DNA of 64,000 bases from Asterionella formosa. Lineage: Eukaryota. The position numbers and the translations under genes were made by a program. Under the pieces are notes generated by a model. It was not told the DNA's origin. It did not search any database and saw nothing but the letters and a program-made list of their open reading frames with translations. Numbering within the stretch: position 1 is the first letter of the stretch; each line of letters starts with the position of its first letter. This document shows, one piece after another, positions 25,673 through 37,001 of this stretch. Location of the stretch: positions 1-64,000 of the forward strand of contig NKIB01011400.1 in NCBI GenBank assembly GCA_002256025.1. The letters run 5' to 3'.

Positions 25673-26650
25673 CTAATCGATGAATGGAAAGAGCGGAGCC
25701 TTGACTGCTAACTTATATGCTTCATATTTGGCTTGTCCCTTGTACTTGGCCGCCTGTGTTTTATCTAGACGATTGGTAGCATTGGTCATGATACCGAAAA
25801 TGCCATATATCCCAAGTAATGATGCCACCCATGCCACTATGGACTTGCCAAATGTTGGAGCGCCAGCAACAAACACGCCAGTCCAGAACAATAGTTCGCC
25901 AAGGTAATTGGGGTGACGTGATATTCGATACACCCCACCCGTGGGTCCAACGAACAATTGTTCGTTCGATCGCTTGACAATATACTTGTGTGTGTCTGCA
26001 ATAGCTTCCAAGGCTGCACCCAAGGCAGCCATGCCAGCTCCAATAGTGGATACAATGGAGGGAATGGTCTCTGCTGCCCGACACGCATAAAGGGCAGGGG
26101 TGGTAATGAATGCATAAAACAATGCAACACTTAGTGCCATGGGGATGCGCTGCAGTCTAGGTGATTTATCAAATGCCTTGATTTGCTCTGCTTTCGAAGG
26201 AACTGTAGCGTCTCTAAGCATGAGGTATGCCCCAAGTCTAAAGCCATAAAAAATAATTGATACAAGCATTGTCGAAGGTAGTGGTGCAGTAGGCTGAAAT
26301 ACTTGAAGTAGCGCTAGCCCCATGGCCATAACGGCGAATCCGTAACCGACACTGAATGAATATCCCTGCCGATACATGGTCATAGGTATGACTACAGCGG
26401 AAGCAATGGCCCACAAGGAAACAACCCCAAATGGGCCCGATCGAAGGGCAGCTGTGCCCATGGCGATGATTCCGCCACCTCTAGGAATAGCTCGAACAGG
26501 AAATGGACTCATTCCTAGCGGTTTGCCCTTTTTCGGAGAAGCTGATGACACCAGGGGCCTGGCTTTCGGACCAAGGGTTACTTGGAAGCCACAAGCTACA
26601 GCAATAAGAAGGGCAGAAAGGAAAAGACGAACGATCCCCACAACTCGCAT
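25673..26650 (-). CDS. DUF1295 / steroid 5-alpha-reductase-like membrane protein, probably plastid-targeted
   Basis: 325 aa. FSVGYG, YGFRLGAYL, LEAIADTHK, GVYRISRHPNYLGELLFWTG and Y..Y...V..LFP motifs. The N-terminal signal peptide ends ACG|FQV and is followed by a basic Ser/Pro-rich transit-like region. Confidence 0.8.
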   Translation of the reverse strand: MRVVGIVRLFLSALLIAVACGFQVTLGPKARPLVSSASPKKGKPLGMSPFPVRAIPRGGGIIAMGTAALRSGPFGVVSLWAIASAVVIPMTMYRQGYSFSVGYGFAVMAMGLALLQVFQPTAPLPSTMLVSIIFYGFRLGAYLMLRDATVPSKAEQIKAFDKSPRLQRIPMALSVALFYAFITTPALYACRAAETIPSIVSTIGAGMAALGAALEAIADTHKYIVKRSNEQLFVGPTGGVYRISRHPNYLGELLFWTGVFVAGAPTFGKSIVAWVASLLGIYGIFGIMTNATNRLDKTQAAKYKGQAKYEAYKLAVKAPLFPFID

Positions 26651-27225
26651 GATGGTTGTCGACAGACGATGAGTTTTTTACGGTGGTTTGTTGGTATCGT
26701 CATCTCGGATAAACTCGAACATAGCTACCGGTAGGTACATTTTAGACATCATCGTCAGTCAGGTAAAATTTAGCTACCGGTGTACTGCGCAGCAATACCG
26801 GTAGGTACTGTGTGTACATTATCAATACTCATCGCCCGTGTGAGGAATTTAACTACCTGGTACCGTGCAGGGTAGTGGGTATGATTGTTACAATGCCATA
26901 CCGGTAGCAAGGGCACATCTCTATACATGAATATATGATATACTACACTCACTACCTATGGATGCACCGGGAGTCGGCCGAAATCTACCAGGTAGTACAT
27001 ACAGTATCGGTATGTCAGACCAACTGCACGGGTTGTTGAGTTTGTTGTCCTGCCTCGATCACATCGTCTCGATTGTAGACCTCGCCCATCGGTCATCGCT
27101 CAAGCTTGCAAACGGATATCAAGTTTAGCTACCGGTACCGGTACCGGTATTCCATTCCACTCCATCAGATTGTCAGTCTCAGGGACCGCAGCTGTTGCAG
27201 CACACATTGAGTAACAACGAATAGA

Positions 27226-30200
27226 ATGCCGTCGTCGTCGTCGTCGGCTGCTCTTCTGATGGATCGGCTCGTTTCAGCAAGCAGTTCAGACGATGTTCGC
27301 GAATCGTTGATGTCGATGTTGGAGAAACTCAAGCTCGGCGATGACGCGCTCTTGCCGGAGGATGTTTGGGCCGACGCTGAGCTGCTGGAAGCGATGCTGC
27401 AGCTCCTGAGCAGTGCCTCGTACAAAGCACTGCCTGTAGAAGAAGGACCAGTCTTGGTGGCGCAAATATACCTATTGCTCTTGCAAGACCGACAGGCATC
27501 CATACTCCTCAAGCAGCCGCAACCGGGTCGTCTCTTGGAAACGCTGCTCGACTGCATTGGAGACCGCAGCCAAACTAGTTACTCTCGCGTGCTTTGTCTA
27601 CAAGTCCTCACCAAGGTGTGCAACTCTAGCCCCTCGCTTGCGCAGGCGCAGCTCCTTCAAGTTCCTAACGGATTGCACCGCCTGTCGGAAGTGCTGCAAG
27701 ATGCAGACGCATCAGTCAGAAATGAAGCACTCCTGGTAGGCCGCATCATTGCGACCTGGCCATCATGTGCCAAGGTTTGGGTATTCGCCGAAGTTTGTGA
27801 CACTGTCATTTCCCTGGCGGTGGACGAGGGGGGTCTCACGGGGGCACCGGCTGTTGTGGCGGACTGCATCGAGCTTTTAAGGAACTTGCTTAGACACGAT
27901 GTCGCACTCAGTGATTTAGTGTGGCAGTCGCCCATATTTGCTCCCAAGATTAGTCAATTGTTAGATTTGCGAAAAGGAAGGGAGTGGTTGGAACCAAAAG
28001 TTACCATTTCGACGACGGATGACTTGGACGAGATTTTGCAAAGTGGAACGGAGAAGGAAGCAATTGTGATTCCGAAGCTCACTAATAAGGAAGAAGACTT
28101 ACTCACACATGTCTTGGGGTTGGTGGAGAGCTTGCTAGCGTCGGAGAATATTCGTATCAGCGTGTGGAAAAAACACATTCCTTTATCGAGTTTGATTTGG
28201 GAGCTGGCATTAATTTCGCCTCCACCACAGGGTGTTAAGTATGTTTGCGCCATGCCTTCAGCTAGCCTCCAACAGTTGGCTCTGGAGCATGTTGCGGAAG
28301 TTTGGAATTCTGTTGATAGTATGGACCGACACAATGGCCTGGACCGATTGTTGTTTATTGTATGCACCGGAGGGGCTCCAGAATCATTTTCAGACAAGCT
28401 TGGCTTGTCTCAAGCTGCTCTGCATGTTCTTCGCAAGACACTACCTCAGGACCGAGCCATGGAAATCGTGATGCATTCGCTGGCTCCGCCAATGTCACAA
28501 GACTCATTATTGGAGCAGCCTCCCACGTGCGTACAAAAATTACTCAATACGGTCATGGAAAATGTCTCATCGGGAACACAAAACTTGGAACGTCGGAAGA
28601 TCAATCTCAGTGGATCCCTTGGTGCCCTTGGTGCCTTTATGAATGACTCAACAAGCAGGGAAATGATTTTGAAAATAACATTTCACCATTCCTTAATAGA
28701 TCACATATTGGAGAGTCTAGAGTCGCAAGACGAAACGATTCAACTCAGCCTTCTTCGATTTCTTTGTGAGTGGGTGATGGACACACCTACTGTGGTCCAA
28801 AGCATATTCTCATCAACGCAATCAACTTGTCTCAGTCTATTGATATCCAAGCCTGGCAAGACCGCAACCATGACGGGGCTGTTGCTAGGTATGTGCATGG
28901 AGTACATGGTGGACGACCCTGAAAAGAATGGAGGTTGGACCCGAGAATCAATTCTCAGCATTGTCCAAAATGGCAAGGGTAGTGTGAGTGGATTTTTGAG
29001 CAGACTTGAATCTTTTAAGAAAGAGGAACTCCTTTGGAGGGCTAGTCCGTCAGAATGGAAGGGTTTCGTTCAATGGTATTCCACCCAAGTCTTGATCGTG
29101 AGGCGTCGGTTAGTACATGAATTAACTGGTAGCGGTGGTGGTGATAATGATAATGATGCTAGCGATGAAGGAGACGCTGTAGCCTTCAGCACCAAATCGC
29201 TTCAAAAACTATTGCTACAGCAGTCGAATGAGTTGGATGAGATGCGCAGCATTCTTGATGATGCGCATGCTAAGATTTCTAACCAAGAAAAGCAGATGCA
29301 GCTATGGCAGCGACGAATTGAATCCACACCAAATCAGTTAGACGAGATACTGAGCGAATTATCCTTAAAGAATCAAGAACTTGAAGCTACAGTTTCGGAG
29401 CTGCAAAGGGACATGCAGTCGAGCAATGACGCTTTTCTTACTCAGTTGAAGGCAAAAGAAGACGAAACTGCTGACCTTCAAAACCAACTAGATGCCGCTA
29501 TAGCACGGGAGCAGGATGCTCTTGCTGAACACGAAGCTCTCCGTGGAGAAATGGAAGGAATTAGTTCAGCTTACACTACACTTGAAAATGAATTCAATAG
29601 AAGCAGGGATACATTGCCAATCATGGCATCAGAGTCTCAGCAGGATGGTCGCCAACCGGAGGGCGAAGTGTCTAGCCAAGAGAATAGCTCTGAATTTGAC
29701 TCTGTCAGGGCTGAGAATGCTCGATTACGAGCAGACGCTCGTGCTGCTGATGATTGGATGCAGATGGCAGTGCAGCGAATGAATGACATTGGAGGACAGA
29801 ATGTATCCCTTCAACACGAACTTGCCATACTGAAAGAACAATTGAGCCAGGTTAGTGAGTCAACCTATTCATCAATTCAAGAGCAACTTGAACAGGAGCA
29901 GCTTCAAAAGCAGGCACTAGAAGCCAAACTGGCGTCAGAAATGGACACGGTGCAACAAGAACTAGAACAAGAAAGGAACCGCCGTCAATCTTTGGAGACC
30001 CAATTGGCCAGTGTCAATGCCGGAGAAAGTACTGCAGATGCAGCACTTCAGCAAGAGCTAGGAGTCGAAAAGATGAAACGATTATCGTTAGAATCTCAAC
30101 TAACGAATGCTCAACAAGATGTCACCGATGTAATGGAAAATCTTCAAAAGATGAAGGCTGAAAAAGAGGAACTGGCGAGAAAGGTTGAGAACATGGACAT

Positions 30201-33200
30201 GGATTTGACAATTGCGACAGCCGACGCTACGTCTCTGCGAGAAGCTCACAGGCAACTTGAGATTAAGCTGCAGGCTGCGTTGGTTGAAGGTGAGATGCCT
30301 TCGTTGGATCCACCTTCCACAGAAGAGATTGACTCACTCAGGAGCACTGTCGAATCCTTACAGGAGCAGTTGACGGATGCGCAAGCTGAACTGAAGACGG
30401 TTTTGCTACGTGAAAGGTCAGAAATAGATAGCCGCGATGAAATCATACTTGAGTTGAAAGAAAGGGAATCTATGGAACAACCGCTTCCTTCCATAATGAC
30501 CCCTTCCGGAGATTCCACTGTTAAGGCGCGAGACAACGAGATTGTCCAACTTCGCCTTGCAAACGAAGCGGCTCAGGAATGGATGTCAAAGGCTGTGGAA
30601 CACCATACAATGTTATCTGAGCAAGTAACGGCACTCTCGGATGAAAGGGATGCATTAAAAAGGGAACTCCGAGAAGTTAGGAATACAATGTCAACAATGA
30701 AAAAGAAGCGCGAAGTCGAGGTATCTATGGAAGATCATATTCAAATGGAGACTGACCTGGCTGAAAAGACTGCGGAACTGCAAGATGCCGAGCTCGAACT
30801 CGATGAATTGAAGGCGAAACTTCTGTTTGCAGAAGACGAGCTATCCGCTCAGCGCTCAATTTGCCAACTTAATCAATCCTCGTCCGATGAAGTTCGTGAT
30901 TTCAAAACGAAATTATTGGAACGCGATCAACAAATTCAACTGCTCCAAGCAGAAATCGAAAAGGGAGAAAAGGGGGACTTCTCGAAGGATGCAGTAGCCA
31001 ATCTCAAGAACGAACTGGCAGAGATGGTTGAGTTGACTTCGCAGTTGAAAAAAAAGGCATCACTTTTCGAATCAGTGCAACGTGATCTTCAGGATTCTAT
31101 GGATAGAGTGTTGGTCCTAGAGTCCGAAGTTTCTCAACTCTCAGAAGACAAGGCCACTGCACAAATGCTTCTTGACGGCGCCAGAGACGATTTACAAAAC
31201 AAAGAGCGCGAAATTTCAAATAGAATGGCTGAAGTCGAAGCTACAAAGCAGGCAACGTCGAACGAGTTATCGAACTTGAAGGCAGCTCTATCACAGCGTG
31301 AACATGACGTTTTCCAACTTCGGAACGATGTGGCAAAACATGAATGCGCTGTTGAGGACATTGAGCTATTGAAGAATGAGCTGATATCGGCTACAGATGA
31401 TAACATAAGGTTAAAAGCAGAGTTGGATTCATTGAAGTCAGGGGCAGTTTCTGTAAATGACCGAACTGAATCGTTCGAGCAGGTACAAACTGAGCTTCAA
31501 AATTTAATGAATTCTAAGTCGGCTTTGGAACAATCATGTGAGGCGAGCATGGTCGCGCTCGAGAGGATGAGATCTGATTTGATTTCGCTAAAGCAGGACA
31601 ATGAATTTTTGTCAGTGAAAGTAGACACAAGAACAACAGAAATCGAAAACCTTAAGGCGCATATTTCAGACTTGGAAACGGCGTCTTCAAATTCTCAGCA
31701 GATAGTTGCGGAGCTTGAGGCTTTCCAAGTCAGTTCCATTGTTCAGGCCCAAAGACGAGAAGACGAAATAAGCAGTCTTTCGGTTAAGGTTGAGACTTTT
31801 GAGACGGAAAACAATCTTTTGTCGGAACTGACGAAGTCGCTAGAGGACGAGAAGAAGTTGCTTGCAAAGCAGTTGCAAGACTTTTCCGACGGTGGTAAAG
31901 TCGACAATGTTGATTTGTCAAAAATGAAAGATAAAGTGTCCATTATGGAAATGGAGCTAGCAACTGTGCAATCCGAAAACCGAGAAATTGTTGAACAATG
32001 GGAGGTGAGAGTACTGGAACTCGAAGCAGGAACGAAGGAGCTCGAGGGCGAACTTGAAAAACAGCAGAAAGAAGCATCGAATGTTATCGAGCAGTGGAGT
32101 ACCCGATGTCTTGACCTTGAACAAAGAGTATCTGATTTGCAAAGTAATGCCGCGAAATGGAGACTAGAGAAGGTTGACCTACAGACAAAGTTGGATGAAG
32201 CACGACAAGACGGAATTGGCCTGGTCGAAAGCCTTCAATCTAAACTGCAACTAAGAGATGATGAAATCGTTAGCCTTGGTGATAAGTACAAAGCAGACAC
32301 CGAAATTCTGAAAGTCCAACTTGAAGAAATGAATAAAAAAGTAAATGATTACGAATGGAAAGTTGAATCTTACACACAAGAATCAACGCATCTGGCAAAG
32401 AAACTTGCGGAATCCGAACAATGTCTGGTTTTGTCGTCAGATACTTTGCAAAATCGTATCAACGAACTGAATTCGCAACTGCAAGCTGAAAGGGACCAAG
32501 GCATAAGGTCGTGTGACACGCTTCAAATGCGCATAAAGGAGCTGGAGAGTGCATTCGAAATTGTTACAAGTGAACACAAATCAAATCTTGCCAAATGGGA
32601 GGAAGAACGGGAATCATTTTCAGACCAGGCCTCATCACTTTCACAGCAGAACGAAGCATGTCGAATTGAGATAGAGAAACTTCGCCAGCTGCTTGATGAC
32701 AAAGTTGTCAACAACGATGATACTCTAACCCAGTGGGAGACGAAAATTGCTGAACTCGATAGCGAGGCCTCTAGTCTTCGGTATCAATTGGAACAACAGC
32801 AGGAAGAAGCTGGAATTGTAATTGATCAATGGGAGAATCACTCATCGGACCTTGAAGTGCGAAACTCAACTTTGGAGTTAGAGGTTGAAACTCTCAAGGA
32901 CGAACTTTGCAGAGCAAGGGCTGACCTTAAATCAGCCGAGGATGAGTTTCGATCCCAGCTGGAACATGTCGTCCAGACCAATAATTCTTTACTTCAGAAA
33001 CATGTCGACGATATCGCAACAGAGTCAGAAGAGGTCATTAAACAGTGGCAAGAACGTGTGTCTGAGTTGGAAGATGTTGTCGCCGAGCTCGAAAGGCAAC
33101 TCGAAAAACAGCAAATGGAAGCAATGGATGCTATTTCAGAGTGGCAAGATACCTGCTCAAATCTTGAAAATGAAAATCTTGAGACGAAGAAAGATTATTC

Positions 33201-35469
33201 TGCTCTCTCACAGACACTGATCACGGCGCTCAAGTTTGAGATCGAAAGCAAGGAAGGCATGTTGTCATCGTTTTTAGAAGGTTATGAAAGGACGCACGTG
33301 GATGTACAGGAAAACTCTCCTGCCTCAATAATGGACGCGCTCAAGTTTGCAATGGTTGAAACTGATCAGTTAATAGCTCAGGTTGTAGATGGCCTTGTCA
33401 GCGAGCGCGAGGCACATTTATCTGCAATTGAAAAACTGGGCGAACAAATCGAGCAAAAGGATGTTATCAACAAGACTCTACAGACCGAGCTAATTATTGT
33501 TAAGGAAAGCATGATTGACCAAAATAAACATGATAGTGAAATTGCTGTTCTTCAGCAGCATGTCGAAGAAAGCCAAAACGAACTTATAAGTTTAAGGGCT
33601 CTTCTCGACAAGGAGAAAATGGCTGTTGCTTCATTTGAGAAAAAATTGTCGGTATTAGAAGTTACTAACGAGGCCAAGCGTGAGCTGGAAATTCGCCTGG
33701 ACAATGATAAGACCTTGATTCATACATTCAAGGCTAACTTGGATGCATCTCGAGCTAAGCAAATGGATCTTGAGTCAGAATTGTTGAGACAAGAATCAGC
33801 ATTAGCTGACTCAAACCTCGCCCTATCGAAGGCGATTGCTGCGTTAGAGAAATCAGAAACGACCCTATCGGATTCCAGGTCAGAATGTGTAGATCTTGAA
33901 AGAATAGTTGAAGAGCTACAAGGAGAGCTAGAAGCTGCCAATAATTCTCTTCCAGGTCAGATAACAGACGAGATCTCAGAGCGAGCTACTGAAATGGCTA
34001 CTCAGGCTCTTCGCGAACAACTTCTTGCAATGCAAGATCAACTCGAGGGCGATCGGGAAAGGCTCCAGAGCGAAAAGGAAGCTAGGAAGGCTGCACAGGA
34101 AGAGGCTGCACGCCTGAAATCCGATCTCGCAGTTCTTTTGCGGGCGGAAGACGCACCTGATCGACTCAGCAGTTTGATGATGAGTGCTGTAGACGAAATC
34201 CAAGGTAACGAGCGACGTGAAATCGATGAGCTTCGCAAGACTCTCGAACGAGTAATGCAAGATTTGGTTACAGCAAGACTTTCTGAAAAGTCTGCCTCCG
34301 AAATTGCGGCATCGTCACGGTTACAAGCAACATTGTTTGAGCAGGAAGTTATAGATGCCAAGGCTGATATTGCCTCCTTGACCGACATGATTGACGAAAT
34401 GCGTCAAACCGAATCCGGACGAATCGCATCCTTTGAGTATCGCATCACTGCTCTCGAAGACGACAGAGAAACATTGCGACGTTTTCACGCCGATGAACTT
34501 GAGAATGTTCGCAACGAACTGTATCATCTTAGTATGGAGAAAGATCGTGTCCTTCAGGCTCTCAAGGACAGTGAGAAAACCAATGCTGCTCTACTTTATA
34601 CGACAACAAGGGAGCACGAGGCGGTAGGTCCTGACTCAAGTTCAGAAGCGGAATTAGCCAAGCTTCGTGTTTCTCATGCTCAGCTACTAGCAGCTGTTTC
34701 CGAAGAGGGATCACGCACTGAGCGCCGAATCAAAGAGGCCATGGCTGCAAGTGCTGCATCAATCGAAGCTGATGTGATTGTTGAGAGGGAGCTTCGCTTT
34801 GCGGCCGAAAAAGCGTTGGAGATAATGAGGGTTCAAGTGGAGAACATGCGACAACCTAAATCACCAAGAGCGTTACCGTCCAACGAGATCGACAGACTTT
34901 CTAGTCAGTTGAAGCAAGCAAAAGCCGACACCAAGAAGCTAGTTGTCCAGTTATCCACAATGCGTCGTGAATATGAATCTTTCAAGGCAGAGTCCAAGGC
35001 TGCCATAGACGATCTAGCCGAGAAGTATCGAAAGGCTCAGGCCAAGGCTCGCAAACTTGAGAGGGAGGGTCAGCTGGACTCTGAAGTCAACCTTGAGGCT
35101 GCTCGACTTCGCAGCACGCACAGTCGTGGTTGTCAAAACGATGACAATTGGCTGGTCGCCCAAGATTCAACAGTGGAAGAGGAGAAAAAGGATATGTATG
35201 GGCACCAGTCATTGATGTCACCATCAGCAGCATTTGATTACATCCAGCAGCAAAAAGCGGCAATTCATGAAGAGCGCCAAATGTATCAAGAACTCCTTGC
35301 CGAACATGATGATTTACTGGCCCTTCTTGCACAGCACGATTTAGAAAAGGCGAGTCTCCATGCTGCCCTGTTAGATGCAGCTGGGTCGGATGCTGTTGAG
35401 GCAGCCATTCAAGAAGCAGAAGTTAACGCTGTTAAGCAGTTTGGACGCTACATCCAGTTACAACAGTAA
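27226..35469 (+). CDS. USO1: Uso1/p115-like vesicle tethering factor (armadillo-like head plus very long coiled coil)
   Basis: 2747 aa intronless ORF. Head motifs PNGLHRLSEVLQD...VRNEALL, EGGL...VVADCIELLRNLLR and GLLLGMC. Heptad-rich middle. C-terminal EHDDLLALLAQHDLEK resembles the Uso1/p115 C-terminal motif. Confidence 0.8.
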   Translation: MPSSSSSAALLMDRLVSASSSDDVRESLMSMLEKLKLGDDALLPEDVWADAELLEAMLQLLSSASYKALPVEEGPVLVAQIYLLLLQDRQASILLKQPQPGRLLETLLDCIGDRSQTSYSRVLCLQVLTKVCNSSPSLAQAQLLQVPNGLHRLSEVLQDADASVRNEALLVGRIIATWPSCAKVWVFAEVCDTVISLAVDEGGLTGAPAVVADCIELLRNLLRHDVALSDLVWQSPIFAPKISQLLDLRKGREWLEPKVTISTTDDLDEILQSGTEKEAIVIPKLTNKEEDLLTHVLGLVESLLASENIRISVWKKHIPLSSLIWELALISPPPQGVKYVCAMPSASLQQLALEHVAEVWNSVDSMDRHNGLDRLLFIVCTGGAPESFSDKLGLSQAALHVLRKTLPQDRAMEIVMHSLAPPMSQDSLLEQPPTCVQKLLNTVMENVSSGTQNLERRKINLSGSLGALGAFMNDSTSREMILKITFHHSLIDHILESLESQDETIQLSLLRFLCEWVMDTPTVVQSIFSSTQSTCLSLLISKPGKTATMTGLLLGMCMEYMVDDPEKNGGWTRESILSIVQNGKGSVSGFLSRLESFKKEELLWRASPSEWKGFVQWYSTQVLIVRRRLVHELTGSGGGDNDNDASDEGDAVAFSTKSLQKLLLQQSNELDEMRSILDDAHAKISNQEKQMQLWQRRIESTPNQLDEILSELSLKNQELEATVSELQRDMQSSNDAFLTQLKAKEDETADLQNQLDAAIAREQDALAEHEALRGEMEGISSAYTTLENEFNRSRDTLPIMASESQQDGRQPEGEVSSQENSSEFDSVRAENARLRADARAADDWMQMAVQRMNDIGGQNVSLQHELAILKEQLSQVSESTYSSIQEQLEQEQLQKQALEAKLASEMDTVQQELEQERNRRQSLETQLASVNAGESTADAALQQELGVEKMKRLSLESQLTNAQQDVTDVMENLQKMKAEKEELARKVENMDMDLTIATADATSLREAHRQLEIKLQAALVEGEMPSLDPPSTEEIDSLRSTVESLQEQLTDAQAELKTVLLRERSEIDSRDEIILELKERESMEQPLPSIMTPSGDSTVKARDNEIVQLRLANEAAQEWMSKAVEHHTMLSEQVTALSDERDALKRELREVRNTMSTMKKKREVEVSMEDHIQMETDLAEKTAELQDAELELDELKAKLLFAEDELSAQRSICQLNQSSSDEVRDFKTKLLERDQQIQLLQAEIEKGEKGDFSKDAVANLKNELAEMVELTSQLKKKASLFESVQRDLQDSMDRVLVLESEVSQLSEDKATAQMLLDGARDDLQNKEREISNRMAEVEATKQATSNELSNLKAALSQREHDVFQLRNDVAKHECAVEDIELLKNELISATDDNIRLKAELDSLKSGAVSVNDRTESFEQVQTELQNLMNSKSALEQSCEASMVALERMRSDLISLKQDNEFLSVKVDTRTTEIENLKAHISDLETASSNSQQIVAELEAFQVSSIVQAQRREDEISSLSVKVETFETENNLLSELTKSLEDEKKLLAKQLQDFSDGGKVDNVDLSKMKDKVSIMEMELATVQSENREIVEQWEVRVLELEAGTKELEGELEKQQKEASNVIEQWSTRCLDLEQRVSDLQSNAAKWRLEKVDLQTKLDEARQDGIGLVESLQSKLQLRDDEIVSLGDKYKADTEILKVQLEEMNKKVNDYEWKVESYTQESTHLAKKLAESEQCLVLSSDTLQNRINELNSQLQAERDQGIRSCDTLQMRIKELESAFEIVTSEHKSNLAKWEEERESFSDQASSLSQQNEACRIEIEKLRQLLDDKVVNNDDTLTQWETKIAELDSEASSLRYQLEQQQEEAGIVIDQWENHSSDLEVRNSTLELEVETLKDELCRARADLKSAEDEFRSQLEHVVQTNNSLLQKHVDDIATESEEVIKQWQERVSELEDVVAELERQLEKQQMEAMDAISEWQDTCSNLENENLETKKDYSALSQTLITALKFEIESKEGMLSSFLEGYERTHVDVQENSPASIMDALKFAMVETDQLIAQVVDGLVSEREAHLSAIEKLGEQIEQKDVINKTLQTELIIVKESMIDQNKHDSEIAVLQQHVEESQNELISLRALLDKEKMAVASFEKKLSVLEVTNEAKRELEIRLDNDKTLIHTFKANLDASRAKQMDLESELLRQESALADSNLALSKAIAALEKSETTLSDSRSECVDLERIVEELQGELEAANNSLPGQITDEISERATEMATQALREQLLAMQDQLEGDRERLQSEKEARKAAQEEAARLKSDLAVLLRAEDAPDRLSSLMMSAVDEIQGNERREIDELRKTLERVMQDLVTARLSEKSASEIAASSRLQATLFEQEVIDAKADIASLTDMIDEMRQTESGRIASFEYRITALEDDRETLRRFHADELENVRNELYHLSMEKDRVLQALKDSEKTNAALLYTTTREHEAVGPDSSSEAELAKLRVSHAQLLAAVSEEGSRTERRIKEAMAASAASIEADVIVERELRFAAEKALEIMRVQVENMRQPKSPRALPSNEIDRLSSQLKQAKADTKKLVVQLSTMRREYESFKAESKAAIDDLAEKYRKAQAKARKLEREGQLDSEVNLEAARLRSTHSRGCQNDDNWLVAQDSTVEEEKKDMYGHQSLMSPSAAFDYIQQQKAAIHEERQMYQELLAEHDDLLALLAQHDLEKASLHAALLDAAGSDAVEAAIQEAEVNAVKQFGRYIQLQQ

Positions 35470-36322
35470 ATGTTGACTCATCTAATATAAATAGGGAGTT
35501 GAGTATATCCCATTTTTGTACTTGATTATCATAATATATACATAATATCTGATGGAGCATAGCAGAGGAATGTTGCAGCATACCTCTGATAAAGTCATTC
35601 AATAGTGAATGTCAACAGTAGTATGTTGGAAGATACAGATGTCTAATATGTATGTATTTGCCAGAACTTAAATAAATGCATTTATGATAGATGGTTTACT
35701 GCTACCAGCCATATGCAGACCCAACAGAGAATACAATAAATTTATAGAGCACATATGAGCAGAAGTAAACAGTTGGTAGCTGTATTTCTCTATGTCTGGT
35801 GGCAGAGTACGCTTTTGTCATGATATGTTCAGAACTTGTTTATATTTTGTGTACTGAAGTATGATGTGATGATTTACTTTTTGTATTTTAGTTTGAATTG
35901 ATAGGCAGCAGCCTATTTTTGATAGAATTGCTATGGAGGAGCCTACACATTAGCGATGTACTAGAGTTTCAATGTATTTTTGAATTCTTGAGATGGATAT
36001 GGTTATTATTTGTGAGCTGATCACCATGCTTTCTTCGTCATTGGCTTTTGTGAGGTTGTGACCACTTTGCCTGGAAGGTCAAGTAGCACATGTTCTAAGT
36101 GCACCTTTCAGTTTTGATGTACTCCCAAAGAATTGTCTCATGCCTGCCAGACAAGATAGACTGGCTTTTCATTCCAAACTCTCTTATGTAACTTTCTTCA
36201 ATGTCAAATTATTATTCATTAATTCCAAGTCATTGTCTGATACTCAAAATCGTGTTCACCTACTCCTACTGGTGGTAATGGTGTTCAGCAACTGGATGAC
36301 AGTGAATGCACCAATCAATAAC

Positions 36323-36380
36323 TTCTAGTCATGGTCAGCAGTTTCTAGTTGCAGTCAGCAGTTTCTAGTCATTGTCAGCA
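36323..36380 (+). repeat. Minisatellite, 20 bp x ~3
   Basis: TTCTAGTCATGGTCAGCAGT / TTCTAGTTGCAGTCAGCAGT / TTCTAGTCATTGTCAGCA. Confidence 0.8.
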
Positions 36381-37001
36381 AGTTCGAAATGTAGAAAGGT
36401 AGGATTCCTATGTTGATTCCAAAGCTAGAAGATGGTTTGCTGAACATGTTCATCAGTCAGCAAATCTTTTGTGTTCAGAGACTGATTCTGCAAATTGTCA
36501 TTGGCCAATAAGAGTAGTGTTTTCCTAAATTACTTGCGGAATATTTTTGGAAAGCTGGCCTACAGTATCTCGTCCAGCAGGCATATGACGATCCATTGGG
36601 AGTGCATCGAAACTGACAGGTGCACATCGAACGTGCGCTACCGGACCCGCAAAGTTAGAGGATTTCTAATTTCTACATATCAGCATCCACAACCCTGGCC
36701 TGGTGATCATAACAAAGACGAGCGACCTCTCCAACGCTACTAAATATTTAAATAGCCGAGACTTCTGTTAAGTGTGTTGAACAGAATCTATTTAAATACA
36801 TATAAAGGTATAGAAGTATGGTTGCATCATCTAAGTATGATGCATTTTTTACTAACATCAGGTTATGTGTTCTTGCCTTTGTTGCCTTACTGCCGTCCGC
36901 ACAAAGGCAACGCAATAAAATTCCTCGTGTTTCTTCTAGCTTGCTGAGCGAGACTAAAAATTGCAGTCTAGAAGGGAAGGTCCACCAATCAGACCACCAC
37001 C

